Notes: a model not told the origin generated them from the letters alone. Counted from the stretch's first letter, positions 11,717 through 25,534 are shown. The stretch: DNA of 64,000 bases from an uncultured Gemmatimonadaceae bacterium (GCA_963829055.1 CAWHHI010000020.1:448001-512000); one strand, 5' to 3'. A program made the numbers and translations.

Positions 11717-13112
11717 GTGCACCTAACGACGTCGCGGCGTCGGCGCGGCGCTCCTGCTGACCGTGGTCACGGCGTGCCGCATGGGGCCGAACTACGAGCG
11801 CCCGGAAACCACGCCGGTGCCGACGGCATGGCGGGACAGCGCGCAGGCCGGGCACGACTCGTCGTTCGCGAACGTTCCGTGGTGGGGCGTGTTCAACGAC
11901 GACACGCTGCAGACGCTGATCCGACGCGCGCTCAAGGAAAACCGCGACGTTCACATCGCGCTCGCCCGCGTGAACGAAGCGCGCGCACTGCTCGGGATAC
12001 AACGGCTGGAGTACTACCCGCAGATCAACGTGCAGGCCGGCTTGCGCAAGTCCGACGGTGCCGATTCCCTGCTCACCGGCGTCACCAACAGCGAGATGGC
12101 GTGGCTCGGCGGCGGACTGTCCTGGGAGCTCGATCTGTGGGGACGGTTGCGACGCTTGAACGAAGCGGCGGCCGCCGAGCTTCTGGCGACCGAGGAAGGA
12201 CGCCGCAGCATGATCCTCACCGTGGTGAGCGACGTCGCGCGCGCCTACATGGAGGTGATCGAGCTCGATGACCAGGTGGCCCTCACCGACACGCAGGTGG
12301 TCATCCGGCGCGCATCGCTCGCGCTGGCTCGTGGACGGTTCCAGGGCGGGCTGACGTCCGAGATGGATGTCCGCCAGGGGGAGCTCGCGCTGGCCGTAGC
12401 GGAAGGCAGTCACACCCGGGCGCTCCGACAGCGGGCGCAGAAGGAGAACGAGATCAGCGTGCTGTTGGGCCGCACGCCCGGCGGGGTCCCGCGCGGGTTG
12501 CGGTTGTCCCAGCAGGGCATCCCCACGGCGATCCCGGCCGGCCTGCCGTCGAACCTGCTCACGCGCCGCCCGGACGTTAGGCAGGCGGAGGAGCAGCTGC
12601 GCGCGGCGAACGCCAGGATCGGCGCCGCGAAGGCCGCAATGTTCCCCACGATCGCACTCACGGCGACCGGCGGGACCATCAGCGATGAGCTCGGGTCGCT
12701 GTTCAAGGCGGCACCGGATTCTGGCGCCTCGCACCCAGCCTGTTTCAGCCGATCATCAACACCAGCCGAAACCGCAAGCAGATCGCGGCCGAGCGCGCGC
12801 GCACCGAGGCGGCGGTGGGTCAGTACGAGAAGACGGTGCTGACGGCGTTTCGGGAGGTGGAAGACCAGTTGGTCGCCGTGCAGCGGTTGCGCGAGGAAGC
12901 CGACGCCGCGGGGCGTGCCTCGACGGCGGCGCGACAGGGCGTACGCCTGGCCGGGACTCCGCTATGAAGGCGGCGTTGACAACTACCTGACACTGCTGGA
13001 CGCCCAGCGGGCACAGCTCGACGCCGACCTGCAGTCGTCCGGACTGGAGCGACAGTACCGCGTGGCCGTCGTGCAGCTGTACAAGGCGTTAGGCGGTGGG
13101 TGGGACCCGTGA
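11717..13112 (+). CDS. RND outer-membrane factor lipoprotein, NodT/OprM family (frameshifted)
   Basis: Lipobox VVTAC-RMGPNYERP, WWGVFND..L, SWELDLWG, LLTRRPDVRQAE, LYKALGGGW. Confidence 0.92.
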
Positions 13113-13184
13113 CCGACACGCTGGCACTGCCCAACCGCGGCCACGACCGGCACGGCTGTCAGCACCTAACGTCACGGTCGGTCG

Positions 13185-13214
13185 CGGGGCGCGCGAAGAC
13201 GGTCGCGCGCCCCG
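13185..13214 (+). terminator. GC-rich hairpin after the RND-OMF operon
   Basis: CGGGGCGCGCGA / TCGCGCGCCCCG 12-bp perfect stem with a 6-nt loop; no U-tract. Confidence 0.45.
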
Positions 13215-13327
13215 TGCCCGGCACGCCCGACTACACCTTGGTCCCGTAGCCGGGGCATGTCGCCGCTCCCATCGTTGCCTCCGGAGACCGCGCTGTCGCG
13301 GCAATGACTTCCATCCGGGGCAAACCG

Positions 13328-14528
13328 ATGAGTCGCCTTTTGAAACCCGTCTTCGTCACCGTCGTGCTGCTTGCGAGCGTGCAGTCGATCGCGACGGCAC
13401 AAAGCGGATCGCAGTCGACGATCAACGTCTACGGGTTCGTGATGCTCGATGCCGGCTACAACTTCAACCAGATCAATCCCAACTGGTACGGACGTGGTAC
13501 GGCCCACCAAGCTGCCCTCGTTCAAGGACCAGTACGCGCCGGACGGCAACATGTTCTTCGGCGTCCGTCAGACGAGGCTCGGCGTCAAGGGGAACGTGCC
13601 GACGCCGATCGGTGAGCTCAAGACCACGTTCGAGTTCGAGCTGTTCGGCACGGGCGTCGACGAGGGACAGACGACGTTCCGGCTCCGGCACGCCTACGGA
13701 GAGTTGGGCAAATTCGGCGCCGGCCAGACGTGGAGTCCGTTCATGGACATCGACGTCTTTCCCAACTCGCTCGAGTACTGGGGCCCCACCGGGATGGTGT
13801 TCTTCCGCAACCTCCAGGTGCGGTGGATGCCCATCCAGGGCGATACCCGCATGACGATCGCGCTCGAGCGGCCGGGAGCCAGTGCCGACCAGGGCACGTA
13901 CGCCGGCCGCATCGAGCTGCAGGATGTGAAGCCGAGGTTCCCATACCCCGATCTCTCGGCGGAATACCACCTGGGCAGGAAGTGGGGATACGTCGAGCTG
14001 GCGGGGATGGTTCGGCGCATCGAGTGGGAGGACCAGGGCACTGACGCGTTCGACCTCTCCGGCAACGCCACGGGCTGGGGCCTGAACCTGAGCTCCAACC
14101 TGAACCTGGGCAAGAGCAGCGTCGCGCGGCTCCAGGCGATGTACGGCGAAGGCGTCGAGAACTACATGAACGACGCGCCGGCGGACATCGGGATCGAGAA
14201 CCAGCCCGGCAACCCGGTCGCGCCGATCAAGGGCGTCGCGCTTCCGGTGACCGGCGTCGTCGCGTTTCTCGACCACACGTGGAACACCAAGTTCACCACG
14301 GCCATCGGGTATTCGATGGTGGACATCGACAACAGCGCGCAGCAGTCGGCCGACGCGTTCAGCAAGGCGCAGTACGCGTTAGGCAACCTCCTCTACAGCC
14401 CGACGCCGGGGGTGACCGCTGGAGTGGAGTTCCAGTGGGGGAACCGGGACAACTTCTCCGACGGCTTCACGTCGGACATCCGCAAGGTCCAGTTCTCGTT
14501 CAAGTACGCGTTCGCCAAGACCTACTGA
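13328..14528 (+). CDS. DcaP-like trimeric outer-membrane channel (one frameshift near 13490)
   Basis: Signal peptide, IYGFVMLD-type start, FGVRQTRLG, RLRHAYGELG..AGQTWSPFMD, C-terminal VQFSFKYAF. Confidence 0.85.
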
Positions 14529-14559
14529 AGACCTACTGAAGACCACTGAAGACCAACTG
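14517..14559. repeat. Four tandem 10-11 bp copies of AAGACC(T/A)ACTG spanning the dcaP-like stop codon
   Basis: aagacctactg aagacctactg aagaccactg aagaccaactg. Confidence 0.85.
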
Positions 14560-14571
14560 AGGCTGCGAGCC

Positions 14572-15624
14572 ATGCATCGGATTCATCGCGAACTGTTCAC
14601 GCTGGCGCTCACGGCCGCCGGGGCCACAGCCATCCTGGCATCTCCGGTGCGGGCACAGAGCGCCAAGACCACCGGTCAGGACCAGGCCATCGTGACGGCC
14701 CTGAACGAGACGTACGCAAAGTTCAAGAACCTGCAGGAAGGCAAGAACGCCGATTACATCCCGGCGCTCGCCAAGGTCGATCCCAAAATCTTCGGCATCG
14801 CGCTGATCACCACGGATGGAAAGGTCTACACCGCCGGCGACATCAAATCGGAAGTCTCGATCCAGTCGATCTCGAAGGTGTTCACGATGGCCAAGGTCAT
14901 GGAGGAACAGGGACCTGAAGTCATCGAGAAGACCGTCGGGGTCGACGCCACCGGCATGCGCTTCAACTCGATCGTGTCGGTCGAGTTCTCGCAGAAGGCG
15001 CTCGGCGGCCCGGAGATGAACTCGCTCGTCAACCCGGGCGCCATCGCCACGACGTCGATGGTCAAGGGCAGCACCCGGGATGCGGTGTGGAACAGCATCC
15101 TCGGGTTCTACTCGGACTTCGCGGGCAGGCCGCTCTCCGTGAATCAGGAAGTGTTCAAGTCCGAAGCGGAGACCAATCAGCGCAACCAGGCCATCGGTGC
15201 CCTGATGTACGCCTACGGGTACATCAAGGCGAAGCCGGCCCAGGCGACCGACATCTACACCGAGCAGTGTTCGGTAAACGTCAACGCCAGGGACCTCGCG
15301 ATGATGGCCGCGACGCTCGCCGCCGGAGGCAAGAATCCGGCGACCGGCAAGCAGGTGATGGCGGCGAAGAACGTACCGTACGTGCTGGCGGTCATGGCCA
15401 CGGCGGGGTTGTACGACGATTCCGGCAAGTGGCTCTATCACACGGGCCTGCCCGCCAAGAGCGGCGTTGGTGGCGGGATCATCGCGGTGGCGCCGGGCAA
15501 GTTCGGGATCGCCGTCATCTCCCCGCCGCTCGATGACGCCGGGAACAGCGTCCGCGCGCAGCGCGCCATCAGAGAGATCGTGGCACGGCTGCATGCCAAC
15601 CCCTACGAGGTGGCAGCGCGGTAG
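14572..15624 (+). CDS. glsA: Glutaminase A with predicted Sec signal peptide
   Basis: GKNADYIPALA, IQSISKVF catalytic SxxK, VNPGAIAT, TAGLYDDSG, GLPAKSGVGGGI; N-terminus ending VRA-Q. Confidence 0.95.
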   Translation: MHRIHRELFTLALTAAGATAILASPVRAQSAKTTGQDQAIVTALNETYAKFKNLQEGKNADYIPALAKVDPKIFGIALITTDGKVYTAGDIKSEVSIQSISKVFTMAKVMEEQGPEVIEKTVGVDATGMRFNSIVSVEFSQKALGGPEMNSLVNPGAIATTSMVKGSTRDAVWNSILGFYSDFAGRPLSVNQEVFKSEAETNQRNQAIGALMYAYGYIKAKPAQATDIYTEQCSVNVNARDLAMMAATLAAGGKNPATGKQVMAAKNVPYVLAVMATAGLYDDSGKWLYHTGLPAKSGVGGGIIAVAPGKFGIAVISPPLDDAGNSVRAQRAIREIVARLHANPYEVAAR

Positions 15625-15744
15625 CGCACCCGTCCGATGGGGGAGGGTACGGCGTCTCCCCTCACTGCCTAACGCCGGTGATGACTGCGTGGGGTGCCTG
15701 ACGCACCGTATGCCGGCTCGTTGCCTACCCTCACGGAGTTACCG

Positions 15745-17107
15745 ATGCCCTTGACGCGTCCTGCGGCCACGAGCTCGTGCCTGGCCGTCACCCTCGCGCG
15801 GCCATTGCTGATACTCGCGGCGTTCCTGGTCGCGATCCCGCCCGCGCGGCTCGCGGCCCAGGAGGACCCGGGACGAAGCGCCGCGGATACGGCTACCGCC
15901 AAGGATACGATGTACACGTCCAGCATCGGGGGAGAGTTCCGTCCCGCCAAAGGCTTCGACCTCGTCCGGACGAAACGGTCCAGTCTGAACATCAGCTTTT
16001 ACGGGCTGTTCCGGTATATGAATCAGACTCCGGGCAGCCAGACATTCACGGACCACCTGGGCCGGGAGCGCACCGTCAAGGCCCGCCAGGACCTGAACTG
16101 GCATCGCACGTTCGTGTGGCTCACCGGTTTCTTTTGGGTTCCAAAGTTCCGGTACAACATCTCGCTCTGGTCACTGCCGACGACGCAGCAGACGCTGCTC
16201 TTCGGGAACCTCCAGTATTTCTTCCAGTCCCGCGTTCAACCTTGGCGTCGGGATCACGCCCAATCTCACCAGCCGCTCGGTACAAGGCTCATGGCCGTTC
16301 TGGGGGTCGAGCGACCGACAGATGGCGGACGATTTCTTCCGCGGCGGGTTCTCGTCCGGCATCTTCGCCACGGGGCTGGCGCTCCCGCGGCTCAACTACA
16401 CCGTCTCGGTGAACACCAACATCAGCCAGCTCGGCACGACCGCGGCAAATGACTCGCGCGACTTTGCCTACAGCGGGAGCCTGGTCTGGAGGCCGACGAC
16501 CGGAGAGTTCGGTCCGCGCGGCGGATTGGGTGACTTCGAATATCATAAGACGCTGGCCACCCAGTTCGGCATTTCGGCCGGCCACAGTCGCGAGTCCCGC
16601 TACGCGAACGACAGCGCGCCGCCTAACGCGACACAGATCAAGCTCTCCGACGGCGTCAACCCGTTCGAAGAGAACGCGCTGGCCCAGGGCGTGACGGTGC
16701 AGAAGCTCGATTACGATGAGATGGCCGTCGACGCGGGACTCAAGCTCCGCGGCTTCTCGCTCCAGAGCGAGTACTACTGGCGCCGGCTGTCCAACTTCCA
16801 GACCATCGGCGGCCCGGTCCCGATGAATTCCATCTTCGATCACGGATTCCAGGTGCAGGCGATGCAAATGGTCGTCCCGACGAAGCTCGGCCTCTACGCG
16901 GTGTACGGGAAGGTGTTCGACGACTTCAAGCGGAATCCCTACGAGATATCGGGCGGCGCCAACTTCTACCCGTCGGGAACGCGCAGTTGGCGACTCAACC
17001 TGCACCTGATCAACGTGAAGCGGAGCCCGGCGGCCTCGAACTTCGGGTTCTACACATCAGGGCAGACCGGCACGACCATATCGGCGGGAATCGATATCCT
17101 CATGTGA
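15745..17107 (+). CDS. Hypothetical exported outer-membrane beta-barrel protein (frameshift near 16225)
   Basis: Signal peptide ending LAA-Q, amphipathic aromatic-rich strands, terminal AGIDILM. Confidence 0.7.
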
Positions 17108-17195
17108 CGGAACGCTCACCGCGTATCGCCGTGCCTAACGAGCATGCAGGGACGCGTGCCGTCGACTGTTGGTAACCCGTTCAGGCGAACGATCA

Positions 17196-18867
17196 ATGTC
17201 GTATTTCGTCATGGCGCTTCGAACGAACCCCGAGCTGGCGATCTTCCTGACGCTGGCTGGTGGGTTCGTGCTGGGACGCGTGCGGATCGGCTCCTTCCAG
17301 CTGGGCAACGTGGTGGGGACCCTGCTCGCGGGAGTCGTCATCGGACAGCTCGGCATTCAGGTCCCGACAGTCGTCAAGGTCGTCTTCTTCGACCTCTTCC
17401 TGTTCGCGACGGGATACAAGGTCGGCCCACAGTTCATCCGCGGTCTCGGCAAGAGCGCGCTGCCGCAGGTGGTGGTGACGATCGTGCTCTGCGTGACCAG
17501 CCTCGCCGCTGCCGTCGTCTCGGCGAAGATCCTCGGCTACGACAGCGGAACGGCGGCGGGGCTCCTCGCCGGCGCCTTCACCGAGTCCACCGTCATCGGG
17601 ACGGCCGGCGACGCGATCACGCGACTGCGGTTGTCGGAGGCCGAGACCTCCCGGTTGCTCAACAACATCGCGGTGGCCTACGCGGTCACGTATCTGGTGG
17701 GCACGACGGCAGCGGTCTGGTTCCTCTCCAAGCTCGCGCCCCGGATACTCAACGTGGACCTCAAGGCCGAGGCTCTGCTGCTTGGGGCGTCGGGGCCGAA
17801 CGCGTCCGGTAACCTGGAAACGCTCTCGGGCTACCGCGAGTGGGACATGAGAGCGTATCGCCTGGCCAATGCGTGGGACGGGCGAAACGTGTTGGCGCTC
17901 GAGCAGTCCTTCGCGCCGGACCGCGTGTTCGTCCAGCAGGTCCATCGCCGGGGTCAGATGTTCGGCGCGGAGCCCGGACTTCCTCCTGCGCGCCGGGGAC
18001 ACGATAGCGGTAGCCGCGCGCCGCTGGGTGGTCGCGGGCAACGAGACGATCGGAAAGGAAGTCGATGACCGTGCCGTGCTCGAATTCCCGGTCGCGGTGC
18101 TGGACGTCGTGCTCACGAACAAGGCCGCGGTAGACCGCACGATCGAAAGCGTGGCGCAGGAGTATGGCCGAGGGGTGTCGCTCGTCACGCTGATTCGTGG
18201 AGGGGAACAGATCCCGTTCACCGCCTCGACCGTGCTGAATCGGGGTGACCTGCTTCGGATCGCCGGCGCCGCGCGGGACGTCGAGCGCGCCGGCCGCGCG
18301 TTAGGCTACGTCGAGCGGTCCAGCGGCGCGACGGACATGGTCTTCGTCGGGCTGGGCATCGTCCTGGGCGGTCTGGTGGGGCTCCTGTCGGTCACGGCGG
18401 GCGGCATGGCGTTCAGCTTGACGGCGAGCGGAGGCGCGCTCGTGATGGGGCTCGTCTTCGGGTGGCTGCGATCCGTGCATCCCACCTTTGGCCGCATCCC
18501 GGAACCGGCGCTGTGGGTCTTCGACACCGTGGGCCTCGCGGTGTTCATCGGTGTGGTCGGGCTCGACGCGGGTCCGGGGTTCGTCGCGGGCCTGCGCCAG
18601 TCCGGCGTATCGCTCGCGGTGGTGGCGCTGTTCGTTGCCGTCACACCGCACCTGACGGCGGTTCTCTTTGGGCGGTACGTCCTGAAGATGAACCCGGTCA
18701 TCCTGTTGGGTGCCTGCGCTGGCGCGGGCACCAGCACGGCGGCCCTGCGATCGATCCAGGATGAAGCGCAGAGCAAGATTCCCGTGCTCGGGTATACGGT
18801 TCCCTACGCGCTCGGAAATATCCTGCTGACGGCATGGGGGCCGGTCATCGTCCTGTTGACACGCTGA
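17196..18867 (+). CDS. aspT: Aspartate:alanine antiporter, AAE family, with two TrkA-C domains (frameshift near 17975)
   Basis: LRTNPELAIFLTLA, FLFATGYKVGPQF, AYAVTYLVGT, FGWLRSVHPTFGRIP, LGYTVPYALGNILLT. Confidence 0.9.
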
Positions 18868-18874
18868 GCATTGG

Positions 18875-18889
18875 TCCAAGGTCCACTGG
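18875..18889 (+). promoter_or_regulatory. Regulon box TCCAAGGTCCACTGG
   Basis: Consensus match, 21 nt before CATGAT, 74 bp before the ATG at 18963. Confidence 0.6.
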
Positions 18890-18962
18890 GTGCCTCGCGA
18901 GGGCGCGGGGCATGATAGACCGACGAGCATGAGATCGTCCACGCTCTCGGGCAGGCACAACC

Positions 18963-20203
18963 ATGATCACCACGAGCGAGGCACCGCCGTCGCGTCTCCC
19001 GCCATCCGCGCCTGACGACGAGGCGGATGACGCTCTCGATTCGACGTTTCCGACTTCCGAGTTTCCGTTCGACGGCGCGCGATTCCCACCTCCGCTGGGC
19101 GGCGGCACCAGCGGGCGCACCATTCTGTTGCGGGCGCTCGGAGCGATCCTCATCGCGTGGGTGCCGCTCGCCGTGCTTTCGGCCGTAGACGGACTGGCGC
19201 TCGGTCCCACGCGTCGTTTGTCCTTCCTGCTCGATGTCTCGGCGTACGCACGCTTCCTGATCGCTCTGCCGCTGCTGATCCTGGCCGAAGCTGTCGCACT
19301 CCCGCTGCTCGGCCACATCGTTAGGCACCTCGCCCGGCCGGAGCTGCTGCCGGAGACCGAACGTCCCCGCTACGACGCCGTGGTCGCCCGCACGTCCCGA
19401 CTGGTGCGATCCCCGCTCGCCGCCATGATCATGGTCGCGATCGCGTACGTCGCGACGATTCGGGCAGGCCAGGCCGGCTATCCGGCGGACATCACGACCT
19501 GGGTCACGGCGACCGGGGACAGCGGCCGCGCGCTGTCGTGGGCCGGCCTGTGGCGCACGTTCGTGAGCCAGCCCCTGTACGTCGTCCTCGTGCTCATGTG
19601 GCTCTGGCGTGCGGCGGTGTGGGCAATCTTCCTGCGCAAGGTGTCGCGGCTCGAGCTCCGGCTGGTCGCGTCGCATCCCGACCGCATGGGCGGGCTCCGG
19701 TTCGTCATGGCGTCGCTGCGCGCATTTTCGCCCGTCGGATTCGCGTTGGCCGTGGGAATCTCCGGCGCGATCGCCGAGCGAGTGATCGTCGGCGGCAGAC
19801 CGGGTGACCGAGTTCGTGCCGGTCATCGGCGTCGTCGTTGTGGTGCTGCTCCTGCTGTTCGTCGGTCCCCTGTTCGTGCTGCGCAAACCGCTCAAGAAAA
19901 TTCGGACCCGCGCGATCTTCAGCTACGGCCGCCTCGCGTCCGGCGTGGGATACCATTTCGAGCACGACGTGGCTGCGGCCGAGCGAAGACGTCCCCGCGC
20001 ACGCCCTTCAGTCGCCGGAATTCTCGGCGACCACGGATCTGTACGCGGTCGTCACCAACGCCAACACGGTCAAGGGCATCCCCATCGACCTCAATGGAGT
20101 GGTGCCGCTCGTCCTCGCGACCCTGTTGCCGTTCGTTCCGCTGGCGCTGTTCGAGATGCCGCTCGTCGAGCTGCTGAAGCTCGCGGTTGGATTCGTGGTG
20201 TGA
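18963..20203 (+). CDS. Conserved hypothetical multi-pass membrane protein (frameshifted)
   Basis: Several TM helices; ARFLIALPLLI, LELRLVASHPDRMGGLRF, FSATTDLY motifs. Confidence 0.7.
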
Positions 20204-20213
20204 GGAATGGGAT

Positions 20214-20246
20214 CGGGCATCGCCGCTGTGGAAGTGGCGATGCCCG
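20214..20246 (+). terminator. Hairpin directly after the 18963-20203 gene
   Basis: CGGGCATCGCCGCT / AGTGGCGATGCCCG 14-bp stem with one G-U pair. Confidence 0.45.
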
Positions 20247-20304
20247 GACTCGTGCGGCCGCGGTGGCCTGCCTAACGTCAGCCAATGCCGCGGCCAGACC
20301 ATGA

Positions 20305-21204
<900 letters not shown>

Positions 21205-21325
21205 TGATTGCTCGTTAGGCACGGGACATTGCGCAGCGCCGTTGCGACGTGCTCCGCATCATGACGCGCCCCACGCCACAAGAGATGGCATGGGGCGACG
21301 TGCTCGTCGCCGTCGCCGTCGCCGA

Positions 21326-22602
21326 TCAGAACTCGAGCTGCAGCCGGGACTGGAAGAACTGCGTCGCGCCCTTCAGGTCGAACCGGTCGAGCGTGCCGTA
21401 GCCATAGGCGATCTCGAGACGGGCGTTGTCGGTGAGGTACCAGTTCACCATCGGCGTGATCCGCCAGAAGGTGCCACCCTGGATGGCGCCGTCGGTGTAG
21501 TCGCTATACGAGTATCGCAGCACCGCCTCCCACGCTCCCGGCCCGCGCTCGACGATGGTCTTGGCCGGAAAGACGCCGCGGAGGTAGCCGCCGGCGGTGT
21601 TGTACGAGCGCGTTTCGCCCGTGATCAACCACTGCACGGCGACGTCGCCGCCGTGAAAGAGCGGATCGCTCGTGTCTCGTGCATTCACCTGTCTGGGCGT
21701 AGTACTCCGAGGAAAACAGCCAGGGGCCGGGTCGGTAATACACCTCCACTCCCACCATTGCTCGCATGGCTCGCAGGAAACTTCCCGGTGTCGAGGAAGT
21801 ACGGGGCGTCGGAGGCTTCGGGACGCGAGCGCAGCTGCATCTGTCCCTCGTTCAACTTCCCCTTGCGAGCGCTGATACCGATGTGGAGCAGCGTCCCAAC
21901 ACTGTCCGACACCATTGGCACCCACGCGGCGCGGACGGTGAACTGGTTGTCGTAGGTGGAGAAACTCTGTCCTTCGGACAGCCAGTCCGTGAACCAGCCG
22001 ACGTTCCAGAGGAAATGCTTGTTAGGCAGGTAGCCGAGCCACTTGACGCCGTCGGCCAGGAGCGGGATCGCGTCACTGAACGTGAATCGCTCCATCGTCC
22101 AGCCGTCGTACCCTGTCATCACCTTGTTGAGACTGACCCCCTCCTTGGCGCGTCCGATGAAGACGTTCCCCCAGAGCTCCGGGATGGCCACCATGAGCCC
22201 TGTCTGGCGCACGAACCAGGAGTTCGTTTTGCCGTCGTACATGACCCCTGCCTGCCACGTGAACGGGCGCTTCGTCTTGAAGCGCCCACCGAAGAGCAGG
22301 CGACTGTCCCGGACCTTGAAACCCGGCTCCATGTTGTTGATTTGCGCTCGGCTCTCATCGTTCTGGGCGTAGGACGCAAAGTCCACCAGGATTCCGGCGC
22401 CGACATGGAACGTCGTGAAGCCCAGGTCGAACTCGGGTCGGCGGAGGCGGTTCCTGCGTACCGGGTCCTCGCCGGCGTCGCCGGCGTGCTCGATCCGAGG
22501 GGTCGTATCACCGGGCGGCGGGGTCGGCTGCTGACCAAGCACTGTCGCCCGATGCGACAGGCACAGCACCAGCACGCCTAACGTGAATCGCGACCGCATC
22601 AC
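21326..22602 (-). CDS. OprO/OprP family anion-selective porin (frameshifted)
   Basis: Signal peptide, LRSRPE, WLITGETRSY, GAWEAVLRYS, VNWYL, C-terminal RLQLEF. Confidence 0.85.
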
Positions 22603-22673
22603 GGCCGCCAGCTCACGGCCGACAGGGCGGCGGCGGTCACGCCGCGCCTGCCGGCACGCGCTCGTGGGTAGCC

Positions 22674-23762
<1,089 letters not shown>

Positions 23763-24070
23763 CTAGTGGGTCAACGGCACGATGATCGGTCCCCACGCCG
23801 CCGCCGGATGTTGCCGAACGCGAGGGAACCGTGTATCCGAGCACGAGAACCTTGCTCTGCGGTTCATGCTGGATCGCACGCAGGGGGCCGTGCTGGTGTC
23901 GGTGCCAGCGTAGACACCGAACAGGATCTCCGGATTCATCGTCGGGCAACGCGCCCCACGATGAGGGTGGTGAGGACGTTCGTTAGGCACGCCGTGCCCG
24001 GCGTCGAGACCGGCGTCGGAAAGACCGCGGGCTCGAGCCTGGTCCTCGGCGCAGGGAGGATGTACGACAT
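23763..24070 (-). pseudogene. Internally deleted relic of an aspT paralogue
   Basis: MSYILPAPRTRLEPAVF matches AspT start MSYFVMALRTNPELAIF; GLDAG, MNPEILFG..AGT.TST, LRAIQHEPQSKVLVLGYTVP and AWGPIIVPLTH* match the AspT C-terminus. Confidence 0.85.
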
Positions 24071-24082
24071 CGGGCGTCCGCC

Positions 24083-25513
24083 TCATCGCGCGACCAGCAG
24101 CAGCCAGGGCGTTCCGATCACGAGGTAGATCAAGAGACACAATCCCGTGTGAATGGCGCCCCACTTGTACAGCTCTCCCTGCGACATGTAGCCGCTCGCC
24201 ACGAAGAGAAGGTTTGCGCTCGAGCCCTGGGGCGCGATCGCTGCGAAGTAGTTCGTGGCGAAGAGGAGCTGGAAGGCGAGCAGCGCCGGCGTGACGCCGA
24301 GCTGCGCGCCCACGCCCAGGAAGACACTGAACAGCGCCAGCAAGTGGGCCGTCTGGCTCACGAACAGGTAGTGGAGCGCGATGTAGACCACGAGCAGCAC
24401 CACGGCCGCGACCGCCGGGGGGAACCCGCCGAGTCGCATAACGAGACGCCCACCCAGGAATTCCATGAAACCGAGCTTGTTGAGCTGATCGCTCAACGTG
24501 AACAGCGACGCGAACCAGATGAACGTCGCGAGGACGTCGCCTTCCTTGGCGATGTCGTCGAGCGTCAGGACACTCGTGGCGAGCAGGATCCCGAGCCCGA
24601 GAAAGGCCACGGCCGTGACGTCGATGCCTAACGCCGATGCGACGCTCCAGAGCGCCACCATGCCTGCGAACGTCGCGGCAACGATCTTCTGGTCGCGGGT
24701 CAGGGGGCCCAGGTCCGCGAGTGCCTTGCGCGCCGCGGCCGGCGCCTCGGGCATCGACGTGACTTCCGGGCGCATGACCTTGTAGTAGACGTACGGCAGC
24801 ACGGCCATGCAGACCAGCGTCGGCACCACGGCAGCGATCAGCCATGAGCCGAACGTGATGTCCACGCCGCGCGTTTTCGCGATCGCCGCGCCGAGCGGAT
24901 TCGCCGCCATGGCCGTGAGCCAGAGCGCCGACGACAGCGTTAGGCTGGCCATGCCCGAGAACATCAGGAATCCGCCAAGGCGCTGCCGGTCCGCGCGCTC
25001 GGGCGTCACGCCCGCGGCCTGGGCCATCGAGAGCGCCAACGGATACAACACGCCGGAGCGAGCCGTGTTGCTCGGGAACGCCGGAGCGATCACGGCGTCC
25101 ACGATGAAGATGCTGTAGGACAGCCCCAGCGTCGTACGGCCGAAGAGGCTGATGGCCCGGTGGCCGAGACGCTCCCCCAGGCCGCACTTCACGACCGCAC
25201 GCGCCACCAGGAAGGCAACGATGATGAGCACGATCGTCGGGTTCGCGAACCCGGCATAGGCGTCGTTCGCGGTCAGTGTCCCTGACAGCACCGCCACCGC
25301 GATCGCCAGGACGGAGGCGGTCAGGATCGGGAACGCCCCGATCACGACCGACAGGATCGTGGCGGCGAAGATCGCGAACAGGTGCCACGCCTGCGGGCTC
25401 AGCGTACCGGGGGTCGGCACGAACCATATCCCGAGCGCGACCGCCAGCGCGATCAGGCGTGCGATCCGCTGGCGTCGCATCGCAGGTGCAGTCACGTACG
25501 TTTCCCCGGTCAA
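24083..25513 (-). CDS. DASS family divalent anion (dicarboxylate) transporter
   Basis: PQAWHLFAIFAATI, GLGERLG, PSNTARSG, LTAMAANPL, HYLFVSQTAH; intact 476 aa. Confidence 0.92.
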   Translation of the reverse strand: MTGETYVTAPAMRRQRIARLIALAVALGIWFVPTPGTLSPQAWHLFAIFAATILSVVIGAFPILTASVLAIAVAVLSGTLTANDAYAGFANPTIVLIIVAFLVARAVVKCGLGERLGHRAISLFGRTTLGLSYSIFIVDAVIAPAFPSNTARSGVLYPLALSMAQAAGVTPERADRQRLGGFLMFSGMASLTLSSALWLTAMAANPLGAAIAKTRGVDITFGSWLIAAVVPTLVCMAVLPYVYYKVMRPEVTSMPEAPAAARKALADLGPLTRDQKIVAATFAGMVALWSVASALGIDVTAVAFLGLGILLATSVLTLDDIAKEGDVLATFIWFASLFTLSDQLNKLGFMEFLGGRLVMRLGGFPPAVAAVVLLVVYIALHYLFVSQTAHLLALFSVFLGVGAQLGVTPALLAFQLLFATNYFAAIAPQGSSANLLFVASGYMSQGELYKWGAIHTGLCLLIYLVIGTPWLLLVAR

Positions 25514-25514
25514 T

Positions 25515-25534
25515 CGTTAGGTCACGTTAGGTCA
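25515..25534. repeat. Tandem 10-bp duplication CGTTAGGTCA x2 at the aspA/DASS junction
   Basis: On the minus strand it reads TGA-CCTAACG twice, the first TGA being the aspA stop. Confidence 0.8.

Noticed and set aside
13236..13250. Possible degenerate box upstream of the dcaP-glsA operon
   Set aside because: Spacing to CATCGT fits at 20 nt, but there are too many mismatches to call without a position weight matrix.
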